This document shows positions 27,563 to 42,000 of a stretch of DNA of 64,000 bases, in pieces. Both the position numbers and the translations under genes were made by a program. Position 1 is the stretch's first letter. Each line of letters begins with the position of its first letter. The stretch comes from Chrysomallon squamiferum (Eukaryota > Animalia > Mollusca): the NCBI GenBank assembly GCA_012295275.1, contig CM022668.1:6262001-6326000 (forward strand), written 5' to 3'. The notes under the pieces are model-generated. The model was not told the DNA's origin and made no database searches. It was given only the letters and a program-made list of their open reading frames with translations.

Positions 27563-28635
27563 AAAGGAACAGTGTATATACATTTAATATTTAATATTTA
27601 AAATAATGAATGTATTTCAGAAATATTTTCCATTCCTCTGACTAGTAAAGGATCAAACAACTGCAATGGAAATTACAAGCTGACTGCATTGAAATTAGAA
27701 GATTTTTGTTTAATGACCATATATTGTGGTGGCTGGCTGGTATGTTTTTGGACACTATGGTAATATGCTTAGAGATGTATTCAGCTTTGTAGTAGTTATG
27801 CTGGTATTTGTAGGAATAATGTTAGGGGTAGTGTCAGTGATAGTAGTAGTAGTAAAAGTAGCAGTGTTTTGGTAGCATTTCTAGTAGCAGCAGTAGTTGT
27901 AGTAATATTTATGGTTTCATTTGTAATAGTTAATTGCTGTCGCAGTTGTATATCTTCTAAATACTGTTAATAATAATGATTTTTTTTGCAGAGGCAATAT
28001 ATTTATAATTAATTGTAACTTAACTGGTAGTAATTGTCAAGTTGGTAGTAGTAGTTGTAGAAATAGTCATAGTAGTAGCTGTAGGAACACTGGTAATAGT
28101 AACAGCAGCAGCAGCAGTAGCAGTAGCAGTATTGGTCAAAATCACTATAGTATTAGTAGTAGTAGCAGTAGTAGCAGCAGTAGTAGCAGTAGTAGCAGCA
28201 GTGGTAGTTGCATTGGAAGTAACTCAGTAGATGTTGTAATTCTGATTTTAATCTGCTGTTATAGGTGATACAGAGAAGGATGGATGGATCTACAGACTTC
28301 TACAGAACATGGCAGGAATACAAGGAAGGATTTGGTGATGTAGAACGAGAATTTTGGTTGGGTAAGAAACATTTGTTGTATGTGATTTGTAAATGTTGAA
28401 ACAGACAGACAGTGAATAACAGACAAATAAAAAGATAACTAGAAATACATATAACAACAACTGATATGATGGGTGAGAGACTGGCAGACAAATAAATGGA
28501 TGGATGGATGGTCAGGATATATTTCATTGCCAGTTTTCATTAGATACAATGAAATACCAATCTTACAAATTGATAGAAAAATCAAATAAATTGTAGGAAT
28601 TGAGAGATATAGAGGGAGGGAGGGAGGGAGGGAGG

Positions 28636-28726
<91 letters not shown>

Positions 28727-29903
28727 CAAAGATGGTGATATTGAGATAGAGACAGGTAAGTAGATGGGTAAGTAGATACAGATAGAGAGACTGTTGAGCA
28801 AGAAAGACAGAGTGAGAATGAAAGACAGTGTGAGAGAGTGAAATCTAGAGATATGTATATATGAAATATGGAGAGAATGAGATAAAAACAGAGCTATAGA
28901 TAGGTAAATAGATATAGAATTTTAGATAGACTGAGAGAAAGACAGAATTATGCATTTTTCGTTCTTTTCTTAGCTGACATTATAATACTACAAAGCGGTA
29001 AAAGAACAATTTAAAATATTTAGCTGTGAATTATTTCAGGAAATGAGAAGATCTACAAGATAACAAGTAAACAGAAATATGAGCTACGTGTTGATCTAGA
29101 AGACTTTGAAGGAAACAAACGTTACGCGATGTACTCAACATTTTCACTGGGTAGTGAGGCAGAGAACTACATTCTACACATTGGATCTTACAGTGGAGAC
29201 GCAGGTTGGTATGGCATAAGTCAGTGATAATCATAATGTTTTGTGGTAACTATGAAGAATTTTAATCATTACCCAGTCTTTCGTGTTAACTGCAATCGAT
29301 ACTCAGACTTTTGCGTAAATAGCTATAAAGATAAACATTATACGGCCTTATAGCTGATTTACTAAATTTATTGATTAAATTCTCTATTGCTGTTTCTTTT
29401 TTTGTTGTTGTTGTTGGTTTGTTTTTCTTTTAATTCTTTTTGTAATCTATTGATGAGTGTATGATTGTGGTGTCAGAGTGTTGTGTCAGATGTTGTTACT
29501 TTCCCAGTGATGTCACTAACAGCTATGCTGTGAAGTCATAATTATTTGTAATATAGTCTCTAATGCCATATATTTATGATGTACTTGTTCTTCCTACAGT
29601 TCTTTATCCTGTATGTATATTTCTTGAGTTTTGTGTTTTCATATTCAAAAAGGAGACTCGCTGCTCTATCATAACGACACAGCTTTTTCTACTAAGGATA
29701 AAGATCTGGATACTTCTCTAAGAAACTGTGCTGAAATCTATCACGGGGCTTGGTGGTACAACCAGTGCTATTCCTCTAACCTAAATGGCTGGTATTCACA
29801 ACGAATTAATGTAATTTATACTGGAATAATCTGGAAATCATGGCGAGGATACTTCTACTCTCTAAAGAAGACAGAGATGAAAATAAGACCACTTCAAACC
29901 TGA
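24584..29903 (+). CDS. Secreted PAN/Apple + Cys-rich (EGF-like) linker + fibrinogen-related domain protein, copy 2 (~353 aa). Exons 24584-24862, 26927-27077, 27621-27739, 28265-28361, 29040-29204, 29653-29903
   Basis: Canonical GT-AG junctions give one open frame. Signal peptide [20 protein letters not shown] motif [16 protein letters not shown]-x5-CQLN. FReD hallmarks [23 protein letters not shown]...[63 protein letters not shown]. Confidence 0.92.
24900..25870. repeat. Cryptic (ACT/ATT)n tract in intron 1 of copy 2 (paralogue about 49290-49920)
   Basis: Degenerate trinucleotide runs; source of spurious poly-T/V/S/L ORFs. Confidence 0.9.
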
Positions 29904-30409
29904 AGATAAATAATTTCACCAGGACTACATTAAGCAGCAGTAGTAGTAGTAACAGTTGCAGTAGCAGTAGTACTACTACTACCATCACTAATAATGTATT
30001 TGCAGATATTACTAGTACTGTTATTTTAACTAGACTTACTATTATTATTATAAGACAACTATTTGTAGTAGTAGTAGTAGCTGTAGTAATAGTGGTAGAA
30101 GTAGTAATAGTAGTATGAGTGATAGTAGCAGTACTACTACAGTACTTCCACTACCACTATTACTACTAATTCTGTGACTACTATTACTGCTACTATTGCA
30201 ACTGCTACTTCTACTACTATTACTACAATCACTAGTATTTTGCAGTAGCATCAACTTCTTTATTTCTCTATTAAATTAATAATTGGAATGTATTACTTTT
30301 TTATTTGAAACCATTGTTACATCAGTTACCATTGTAGAAATTAGTTTTTGCCTAGTAAAAATTATTTTACACCCTTTTAATTTTTAATTAAAATGTTATA
30401 CTAATAGAG

Positions 30410-30466
<57 letters not shown>

Positions 30467-30989
30467 AATTTGTATATTTACCAAAAACATTTTTCACAAT
30501 AAGATTTTGCTTGACTTTTATGACTGTTGCCACTGGTGCTGAACTACCTTTAATACTACACTTTGGTTTGACTTTTACTAATATTTGTCACTATTATTAG
30601 TACAATCTTCTTGTTGTTTTAGTAGCCTTTTTTTTTTTTCTTTTTTTTTTTTCTTTTTTCTAATCTAGAATGTTTTGGAAACGAAATTTATGTTCTTTTA
30701 AATATTGTTTAATTGTAATTGTCTGTTATAAATAAATAAATATCTCAGACATGAGAATTTACCATAGGTTTTGTAAATTTTATTTAATTTTTGTTTGCAT
30801 GTTTATGTATGTAATGTTTGCATGTGTATGTGACAGTATTTATATGCATGTGTATATCTCTACATAAGGATGTCTCTTTATATGTCTGCAGATCTCTAAC
30901 AGACATGCCACTGGCTTTGTCAGATAATGTGATTGCTACAGGCATGCTTCATAACACATTTCTTTGATTAGCACATATGAATGCTTTTC

Positions 30990-32260
30990 TGATGACTCAT
31001 ATTTGAGAACTACCATATTCAACTTTCGAAGGAAACTTACGTATTCTTCTCTGTCTACTCAAGTTTAACAAATATAAAATATATTTTAGATGTGAAGCAT
31101 AAGTAACTTCTTTGTTTACTTGTATTTAAGAAGTATAATATTCAATTTAGTAATGAAAGTTTTGTATTTTCTTCTGTCTACACATATTTCACAACTGTAA
31201 CATTCATTTCAGAAGTGAAACTTATTCATCATATTATTTAGGAACCATACGGTCCATTTTAGACGTGAAACCTATGTATTCTTTTCAGTCTACTCATATT
31301 TTAGTACTGTTGTATTAATTCTTACATATCCCCCTATGTCTTCTCATATTTCCTAACTACCATATCGATTTTAGAAGTGACACGTATTTATTGTGTTCTA
31401 TCTACTCATTTTTCAGAACTATAATATTTATTTTAGAAGTGCAACATATGTATTGTGTTCTGTCTACTCATATTTCAGAAATATTGTGTTAATTTTAGAC
31501 ATGAAACCTATGTATCTTTACAGTCTACTAATATTTCAGTACTGTTGTATTCATTTTTGCATATCCCCTGTCTTTTCATATTTCCTACAATATTCATTTT
31601 AGAAGTGAAACAAATGTATTCTGTTCTCTCTACTCATATTTCAGAACTATAATATTTATTTTAGAAGTGAAAGTTATGTATTGTGTTCTGTAATATTTAT
31701 TACAGAAGAATAACTTATATGTTTGTCTTGTGTCTGCTTATAGTTCACAACTAAATATTCATTCTTGAAGTTGAAATTCGTATTCTCTTCTGCTCATATT
31801 TTGTATCTATAATATTGATTTTAGAAGTAAAACATATGAATCTCCATTGTCTACTTGTATTTCCTAACTATAATATTGTTTTATGGAAGTGAAAGTTATG
31901 TGTTCTCCTCCCTCTACTCATATTACAAAATATAATACTGGTTTAAGAAGAGAAACTTGCGTATCTCCTTTTTCTACTCATCTTTCGGAAATATTAATTT
32001 TAGAAGTGAAACTTTCATTTCATCTTTTGTCGATTCCTCTTGTAAAACTAGAATATTCACTTTAAAAACAAAAAGCTGATGTATGTATTCTGTCATTCAT
32101 ATTTTTGGACTAATATTCTTTTTGAAAACAAAACTTGTGTAACTCCTCTGACTTTTAGGATTTCAGAACTTTAAATGTTCATTTTAAAAGTGAAATGTAT
32201 GTATTGTGTTCTAAATACTCATACTTAGGAATTGAAATATTCATTTTACATTGAAACATA
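30990..32260 (+). repeat. Diverged ~60 bp minisatellite, roughly 20 units
   Basis: Recurring ttttagaagtgaaac-tatgtatt...tgtctactcatatttcagaactataatatt at about 60 bp spacing. Confidence 0.85.
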
Positions 32261-33014
32261 AGTATCGTCTTTTATAATTTTCATTATAAAATGTAGAATG
32301 AAAAAATAATTCAAAAGATCAATTATAATTAAAAAAAAATATGTAAAACACTCTCAAACAAGATAATAACATTTATTATAATAACAGTACATGTTTTTTT
32401 CTCAGTGAAATAATATTTCTTTCTTCTCTTTTTTGTTTTGTTTATAACAAATTATATATTCTGGCATTTATCACAATTAGTTCCAAACAGCCTATTTTAT
32501 GTCATAATAATAATTTTTAAAAACAACTTATAAAATACAATCAGATCTATACAAATAAAATATAACATTGTAAACAGCGTCAAAAATCAGAAATAGCAAT
32601 TAAAATATAAATATAAATAAAATATTCCGTGTCAAAGAACATTCTATTGATACTCATTTTGTTTCTTATTTTTCTTATTGTTTCGTTTTCTGTTGTTTTT
32701 TTTTTGGGGGGGTCGGGTTTTTTGTGTGTGTGTGTGTGTGTTTTCGTATGTGCTTGAAATTTTGTTCAAAGCACATAATTGGTCAAGCTCTTTTACCAAT
32801 GAAAATTAACAGTTCGTTTTTCTTTAAAAATCAAATCATTTGTAAGATTCATCACTATATATATACTACTCAAAAGACGTTAAAAGTCAAGAAATATTTG
32901 TGCAAATAAAAATAAGCTAGTATGCTAAAATTTTCATGACTGATGACAAATTATGTATTTGATGTCTGAAGAACAGAAAACAAAAAACAAACAACCTTTG
33001 TTTGAAAACTAGTT

Positions 33015-33900
33015 TACTACCCAGATGGAGAAAGTCATGCACCCCAAAAATGATATTCACACAATTAGTAGAAGTGGTTGTAATTGGTTTAGCCACCATC
33101 AGCATTCACGCATTGTTGACAACGTTGGCGCATGCTGCTAACCAGGGGTTGGAAATAACATTGAGGAATCGCTTGCTATTCTGTTACTAATAGCTGAGTC
33201 GGTCACTGGAGATTAACAGCAGAGATGTGATGTGATCGAAGTCTTTGCCCTAGTTCATACCGCGCATGCTCTGATGAATACATATGGCCAGTGCATGTAC
33301 TGAACGTTCTGATGCTGCAGGATGTCGGTCGCTACCTTGGTACAATGAGGTCTTGCGTTCTCGTTCTGGATGACGTCGTGAAGGCGATCCTTTCTGTGTG
33401 AATCAAGTAGCTGTGGTTAGACTACAGGATGCTGACATTGCAAACCTTGGTCTCACAGATGATTCCTAATGGTGTGGTCAGACCCACTGTTGACTGTAGC
33501 AGCTTTGAGTTGACCATGAAGACTTCGTCAGGTCACCAAACGGAAATATCTTTTCATGCTGTTGATGATCGTGGTCTTCCAGAACGGAAGTGATTCTGAA
33601 TAGAATTAGTCATCCTGAACCTCTTCCAAAGTACTGATAACAAAATGGCTTACATTTGACGGAGAGCCACAGATGGTTGAGTGTCCCTATGTTGTAGTTA
33701 GACTTGCAAACTGAGATGTGAAATCATGTTCAAATTTGACGTAATGATGAAAGGAAAATACTCACACCTTATATTGGTAAAATTGGCATGCTTTAAATTA
33801 CACTTATGCGAAGGACGGGCAAACAGTGCACGAGGTGTCATGGTGGGTTTATCGAGGCAGGTTGTCAGTTTAGTCTGACTGTTTTTCTTCAAATCCATGA
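33015..33900 (-). mobile_element. Decayed, internally deleted Tc1-family transposon
   Basis: Minus-strand translation gives QNENARPHCTKVATDILQHQNVQYMHWP...EHARYELGQRL...IPQCYFQPLVSSMRQRCQQCVNADGG*TNY (Tc1 DDE C-terminus: QDNARPH, WP, SMR.RC....GG.T.Y) and an upstream RSGRPR motif. Multiple stops. Locally higher GC. Confidence 0.85.
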
Positions 33901-34038
33901 AAAGGAAATCTAGTTTTTGTTAAAATGTTTCTAGAGATAAGGGTCATTATTGCATGCCCGTCAATAATGTGGAGTCTTTAGGCCAAATGACAACACAAAG
34001 GTTAATGTTTTAATGATATGTGACCTGAAAAATATCAT

Positions 34039-34160
<122 letters not shown>

Positions 34161-34408
34161 TAATTCAGGGTTAGAATAATTATGATGTGATCACATTGAC
34201 TTTGATATTGAAGATTGTTAAAATTGTATACAAAAGGCATCTTGGCATGGGTGACAAAAGATATATGAGTTTAAACAGTAAAAATAAATTAAAACAATAA
34301 TAATAATAATGACCTTAATGATGATGAATAAATAAATAAAATAAAATATTAATTTGTGATAATGTTTGTTAAAAGAAATATAGACATTTCTACGGTTTAT
34401 TTTCTCAG

Positions 34409-37350
34409 AATGAGAAGACGAAACTAAAGAGGAGAATCTACACATGCACCTTCTGCTTAAGAATGGTGTAGTCGAAGGACATCACCGAAATGGTAAACAG
34501 AAATGTCTGTACATTTTGTAAAGAACAAATTAATAAAAATTGGAAAAAGAAATATTTGCTTGAAAAAAGTAATTAAAATAAAATGAAAGAAATTAATAGT
34601 AATAATATTAGTAAAAATAATATTGATAGTGATAGCATTGAGAATGATAATATTAAATTTAATTAAATGCATCATCACCATGATGAAACAGAATTTAAGA
34701 ACAATATGATTAAAACAATAAGAGTAATACTAGTAGTCATGGAATTAATTTTGTTTTTGTTTAAATGTTTGTTAAATGAAATAATGACATTTCTACGGTT
34801 TGTTTTCTCAGGATGAGAAGAGGAAGCCGAAGAGGAAACCGAAGAGGAGACGGAAGAGGAGAATCCACACATGCACCATCTGCTTAACAATGGTGTAGTC
34901 AAAGGACATCACCGAAATGGTAAACAGAAATGCCTCTACATTTTGTAAAGAACAAGTTAATAATAAGTGAAAAAAAAAAATTTGCTGTAGAAAAAGTTAT
35001 TAAAATAAAATGAAATAAATTAATTTTAATAACAGTAATTTATTTTACAATAATTTTGAAAATAGTAATAGTGATAATACTGATGATGAGAATCATACAG
35101 TTAACAAGAGCAATAACAATGATGACATCAATGTCATCGTCACTATCAAAGAGAATAATGAAAATGATTATGATAATGATAGTATTAAGAGTAACAGTAG
35201 TACAGATGGAATTAATTTTGTATTTGTTTTAATGTTTGTTTGAGGAAATAATGATATTTCTACGGTTTGTTTTCTCAGGATGAGAAGAGGAAACCGAAGA
35301 GGAGAATCTACATATGCACATTCTGCTTAAGCATGGTGTAGTCGAAGGACATAACCGAAATGGAAAACAGAAATGCCTTCAGGATGAGAAGAGGAAACAG
35401 AAGAGGAGAATCTACATATGCACCTTCTGGTTAAGAATGGTGTAGTCGAAGGACATCACCGAAATGGTAGAAAAAGTATTAAAATAAAATGAAATAAATG
35501 AATTTTAATGGTAGTAAAACTTTTAGAATAAAAATTAAATAGTAATAGTGAGAATACTGATGATGACAATCATACAGTTAACAGAGCAATAACAACGCTG
35601 AAATCAACGTCATCATCATCATCATCAAAGAGAATAGTAAGAATTATGATGATGATGATAGTAATGAAGGTAACATTATTAATGATGTTTGTATTTGTTT
35701 TAATATTTGTGAAATGAAATATAGACATTTTTACGGCTTGTTTTCTCAGGATGAGAAGAGGAAGCTGAAGAGAAGAATCTACACATGCACCTTCTGCTTA
35801 AGAATGGTGTAGTCGAAGGACATCACCGAAATGGTAAACAGAAGTGTCTGTACATTTTGTAAAGAACAAATTAAGAAAAATTGGAGAAAGAAATATTTGC
35901 TTGAAAAATGTAATTAAAATAAAATGAAAGAAATTAATAGTGATAATATTACGAAAAATAATATTGATAGTGATAGCATTGATAATGGTTGGTATTAAAT
36001 TTAATTAAAAACATCATCACCATCATGAAGCAGAATTTAAGAACAATATGACTAAATCAATAAGAGTAATACTAGTAGTCATGGAATTAATTTTGTATTT
36101 GTTTTAATGTTTGTTAAATGAAATAATGACATTTCTGCGGTTTGTTTTCTCAGGATGAGAAGAGGAAACCGAAGAGGAAACCGAAGAGGAGAATCCACAC
36201 ATGCACCATCTGCTTAACAATGGTATAGTCGAAGGACATCACCGAAATGGTAAACAGAAATGTCTGTACATTTTGTAAAGAACAAATTAATAAAAAGTGA
36301 AAAATAAAAATATTTATTTAGAAAAGGTATTAAAATAAAATGAAATAAATTAATTTTAATAATGGTATTAATTTTGCAATAATTAACAAAATAGTAATAG
36401 TTATACTACTGATGATGACTATACTGAAGTTAACAAGAGCATTAACTACGATGACGTCAACGTCATCATCATCACATTAAAGATAATAATAACAATTATC
36501 ATGATGACGATATTCGCTTGAAAAATGTAATTAAAATAAAATGAAAGAAATTAATAGTGATAATATTACGAAAAATAATATTGTAATAGTGATAATACTG
36601 ATGATGGCAATAATGAAGTTCGCAAGACCAATAACAATGATGACATCAACGTCATCTTCATCATCAGATTGAAGAGATTAGTAAGAATTATCATGATGAT
36701 GATAGTAATCACAGTAACACTAGTGATGATGGAATTAAATTTGTATTTGTTATAATATTTGTTAAAAGAAATAAAGACATTTATACGGTTTATTTTCTCA
36801 GGATGAGAAGACGAAACTAAAGAGGAGAATCTACACATGCACCTTCTGCTTAAGAATGGTGTAGTCGAAGGACATCACCGAAATGGTAAACAGAAATGTC
36901 TGTACAATTTGAAAAGAACAAATTAATAAGAATTGAAAAAAGAAATATTTGATTGAAAAAAAGTAATCTGAAATAAAATGAAAGAAATTAATAGTAATAA
37001 TATTAGTAAAAATAATATTGATAGTGATAGTATTAAATTTAATTAAAAACATCATCACCATGATGAAGCAGAATTTAAGAACAATATGATTAAAACAATA
37101 AGAGTAATACTAGTAGTCATGGCATTAATTTTGTATTTGTTTTAATGTTTGTTAAATGAAGTATTTGCTTGAAAAATGTAATTAAAATAAAATGAAAGAA
37201 ATTAATAGTGATAATATTACGAAAAATAATATTGATAGTGATAGCATTGATAATGAAGAGAAGAAAAAACCGAAGAGGAAACTGAAGAGGTGTATCTACA
37301 CATGCACCTTCTGCTTTAGAATGGTGTAGTCGAAGGACATCACTGAAATG
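34409..37350 (+). repeat. Array of eight conserved exon-like cassettes (34409-34492, 34812-34919, 35279-35362, 35383-35466, 35750-35833, 36154-36249, 36802-36885, ~37255-37350) in AT-rich variable spacers
   Basis: Core gatgagaagaggaaaccgaagaggagaatctacacatgcaccttctgcttaagaatggtgtagtcgaaggacatcaccgaaatg, usually preceded by ttttctcag and followed by gtaaacag. Confidence 0.9.
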
Positions 37351-37539
37351 GTAAACAGAAATGCCTCTACATTTTGTAAAGAACAAGTTAATAAAAAGTT
37401 AAAAACAAAAGTATTTTCTTTAGAAAAAGTTATTAAAATAAAATAAAATAAATTAGTTTTAATAATATTAATAATTTTTACAATAATAATGAAAATATGA
37501 TGATGACTATAATTTAACTATAAGTTAACAAGAACAAAA

Positions 37540-38367
37540 ATCGATATAATTTATTTTAACTCTAATCTGTGTTCGTGAACACATATCACTAAAGGGAGAT
37601 AAGTCTAATCGATATAATTTTTACTTTGCTTAGTGAGTACATCTCAAGTAATTGACCTAATTATAATCTGTGTTCGTGAACACATATCACTAAAGGGAGA
37701 TAAGTCTAAACGATATGATTTTTAGTTTCCTTAATGTTTGTATATATATATATATATATATATACATATATATAGAGAAATAACAAGTAAACACACATAT
37801 ATACAGATATACAACATCTCGTAATGAAACCATGTAAAATTCTAAGAGAAACAATATTTAAATTAAAAAATTCTAAGAGAAACATAATTTAATTAAAAAA
37901 AATAAAAAAGAAAAATAAAAAAAAAATAAAAAAAAAATCAGAATATTAATAAAATAAAAAACAAATGATAAATTCCGATATTAAAAACCCATTCTATCAA
38001 ACGTCACAAATAGTTATTTTATTTAGTGATTTTTTTTATTTAGTGATTTTTTTATTTTAACAACAACAACAAAGTAGTCAGGATAGAATCAATAAATAAG
38101 TAAACAAATAAATAAAGTATCAAACTGTATTGTGGAAAATCGATATAATTTGTAGCTTGCTTAGTGAGTACATCTCACGTAAGGGACCTAACTCTAATCT
38201 GTGTTCGTGAACACATATCACTAAAGGGAGATAAGTCTAATCGATATAATTTTTACTTTGCTTAGTGAGTACATCTCAAGTAATTGACCTAATTATAATC
38301 TGTGTTCGTGAACACATATCACTAAAGGGAGATAAGTCTAAACGATATGATTTTTAGTTTCCTTAAT

Positions 38368-38402
<35 letters not shown>

Positions 38403-38940
38403 ATCATATAACAAGTAAACACATACACATATATACAGAGAAACATCTCGTAATGAAACCATGTAAAATTCTAAGAGAAACAATATTTAATTAATTAAAA
38501 ATTGCCAGAAAATTTTATAATAAATAAAAATCAGAATATTAATAAAATACAAAACAAATGATAAATTCCGATATTAAAAACCCATTCTATCAAACGTCAC
38601 AAATAGTTATTTTATTTAGTTATTTTTTTATTTTAACAACAACAACAAAGTAGTCAGGATAGAATCAATAAATAAGTAAACAAATAAATAAAGTATCAAA
38701 CTGTATTGTCGAAAATCGATATAATTTGTAGCTTGCTTAGTGAGTACATCTCACGTAAGGGACCTAACTCTAATCTGTGTTCGTGAACACATATCACTAA
38801 AGGGAGATAAGTCTAATCGATAAAATTTTTACTTTGCTTAGTGAGTACATCTCAAGTAATTGACCTAATTATAATCTGTGTTCGTGAACACATATCACTA
38901 AAGGGAGATAAGTCTAAACGATATGATTTTTAGTTTCCTT

Positions 38941-38990
<50 letters not shown>

Positions 38991-39580
38991 AATATAGACA
39001 AGTAAACACATACACATGTATACAGAGAAACATCTCGTAATGAAAGCATGTAAAATTCTAAGAGAAACAATATTTAATTAATTAAAAATTGCCAGAAAAT
39101 TTTATAATAAATAAAAATCAGAATATTAATAAAATACAAAACAAAACAAATAGTAAATTCCGATATTAAAAACCCATTCTATCAAACTTCACAAATAGTT
39201 ATTTTATTTTATTTATTTTTTTTTTTTTTAACAACAACAACAAAGTAGTCAGGATAGAATCAATAAATAAGTAAACAAATAAATAAAGTATCAAACTGTA
39301 TTGTGGAAAATCGATATAATTTGTAGCTTGCTTAGTGAGTACATCTCACGTAAGGGACCTAACTCTAATCTGTGTTCGTGAACACATATCACTAAAGGGA
39401 GATAAGTCTAATCGATATAATTTTTTTTTGCTTAGTGAGTACATCTCAAGTAATTGACCTAATTATAATCTGTGTTCGTGAACACATATCACTAAAGGGA
39501 GATAATCTGTGTTCGTGAACACATATCACTAAAAAGGGAGATAAGCCTAAACGATATGATTTTTTTTTTTTTTTTTTTTT

Positions 39581-39622
<42 letters not shown>

Positions 39623-40169
39623 ATCATATAACAATAAACACATACACATATATACAGAGAAACATCTCGTAATGAAAGCATGTAAAATTCTAAGAGAAAC
39701 AATATTTAATTAATTAAAAATTGCCAGAAAATTTATAATAAATAAAAATCAGAATATTAATAAAATACAAAACAAATGATAAATTCCGATATTAAAAACC
39801 CATTCTATCAAACGTCACAAATAGTTATTTTATTTAGTTATTTTTTTATTTTAACAACAACAACAAAGTAGTCAGGATAGAATCAATAAATAAGTAAACA
39901 AATAAATAAAGTATCAAACTGTATTGTGGAAAATCGATATAATTTGTAGCTTGCTTAGTGAGTACATCTCACGTAAGGGACCTAACTCTAATCTGTGTTC
40001 GTGAACACATATCACTAAAGGGAGATAAGTCTAATCGATATAATTTTTACTTTGCTTAGTGAGTACATCTCAAGTAATTGACCTAATTATAATCTGTGTT
40101 CGTGAACACATATCACTAAAGGGAGATAAGTCTAAACGATATGATTTTTAGTTTCCTTAATGTTTGTTT

Positions 40170-40206
<37 letters not shown>

Positions 40207-40745
40207 ATCATATAACAAGTAAACACATACACATATATACAGAGAAACATCTCGTAATGAAACCATGTAAAATTCTAAGAGAAACAATATTTAATTAATT
40301 AAAAATTGCCAGAAAATATTATAATAAATAAAAATCAGAATATTAATAAAATACAAAACAAATGATAAATTCCGATATTAAAAACCCATTCTATCAAACG
40401 TCACAAATAGTTATTTTATTTAGTGATTTTTTTATTTTAACAACAACAACAAAGTAGTCAGGATAGAATCAATAAATAAGTAAACAAATAAATAAAGTAT
40501 CAAACTGTATTGTGGAAAATCGATATAATTTGTAGCTTGCTTAGTGAGTACATCTCACGTAAGGGACCTAACTCTAATCTGTGTTCGTGAACACATATCA
40601 CTAAAGGGAGATAAGTCTAATCGATATAATTTTTACTTTGCTTAGTGAGTACATCTCAAGTAATTGACCTAATTATAATCTGTGTTCGTGAACACATATC
40701 ACTAAAGGGAGATAAGTCTAAACGATATGATTTTTAGTTTCCTTA

Positions 40746-40793
<48 letters not shown>

Positions 40794-41337
40794 ATAATAT
40801 AACAAGTAAACACATACACATGTATACAGAGAAACATCTCGTAATGAAAGCATGTAAAATTCTAAGAGAAACAATATTTAATTAATTAAAAATTGCCAGA
40901 AAATTTTATAATAAATAAAAATCAGAATATTAATAAAATACAAAACAAATGATAAATTCCGATATTAAAAACCCATTCTATCAAACGTCACAAATAGTTA
41001 TTTTATTTAGTTATTTTTTTATTTTAACAACAACAACAAAGTAGTCAGGATAGAATCAATAAATAAGTAAACAAATAAATAAAGTATCAAACTGTATTGT
41101 GGAAAATCGATATAATTTGTAGCTTGCTTAGTGAGTACATCTCACGTAAGGGACCTAACTCTAATCTGTGTTCGTGAACACATATCACTAAAGGGAGATA
41201 AGTCTAATCGATAAAATTTTTACTTTGCTTAGTGAGTACATCTCAAGTATGTGACCTAATTATAATCTGTGTTCGTGAACACATATCACTAAAGGGAGAT
41301 AAGTCTAAACGATATGATTTTTAGTTTCCTTAGTGTT

Positions 41338-41386
<49 letters not shown>

Positions 41387-41969
41387 TATATATAGACAAG
41401 TAAACACATACACATGTATACAGAGAAACATCTCGTAATGAAAGCATGTAAAATTCTAAGAGAAACAATATTTAATTAATTAAAAATTGCCTAAAGAAAC
41501 AATATTTAATTATATAAAATTGCCAGAAAATATTATAATAAATAAAAATCAGAATATTAATAAAATACAAAACAAATGATAAATTCCGATATTAAAAACC
41601 CATTCTATCAAACGTCACAAATAGTTATTTTATTTAGTATTTTTTTTTTTATTTTAACAACAACAACAAAGTAGTCAGGATAGAATCAATAAATAAGTAA
41701 ACAAATAAATAAAGTATCAAACTGTATTGTGGAAAATCGATATAATTTGTAGCTTGCTTAGTGAGTACATCTCACGTAAGGGACCTAACTCTAATCTGTG
41801 TTCGTGAACACATATCACTAAAGGGAGATAAGTCTAATCGATATAATTTTTACTTTGCTTAGTGAGTACATCTCAAGTAATTGACCTAATTATAATCTGT
41901 GTTCGTGAACACATATCACTAAAGGGAGATAAGTCTAAACGATATGATTTTTAGTTTCCTTAATGTTTG

Positions 41970-42000
<31 letters not shown>

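Noticed and set aside
34409-34492. C2H2 zinc-finger array suggested by YTCTFC, or selenoprotein P suggested by repeated TGA
   Set aside because: There is no HxxxH or TGEKP linker in the CxxC frame and a stop follows. There is no SelP-like Cys/Sec clustering or recognisable SECIS. Kept only as an open question in findings.
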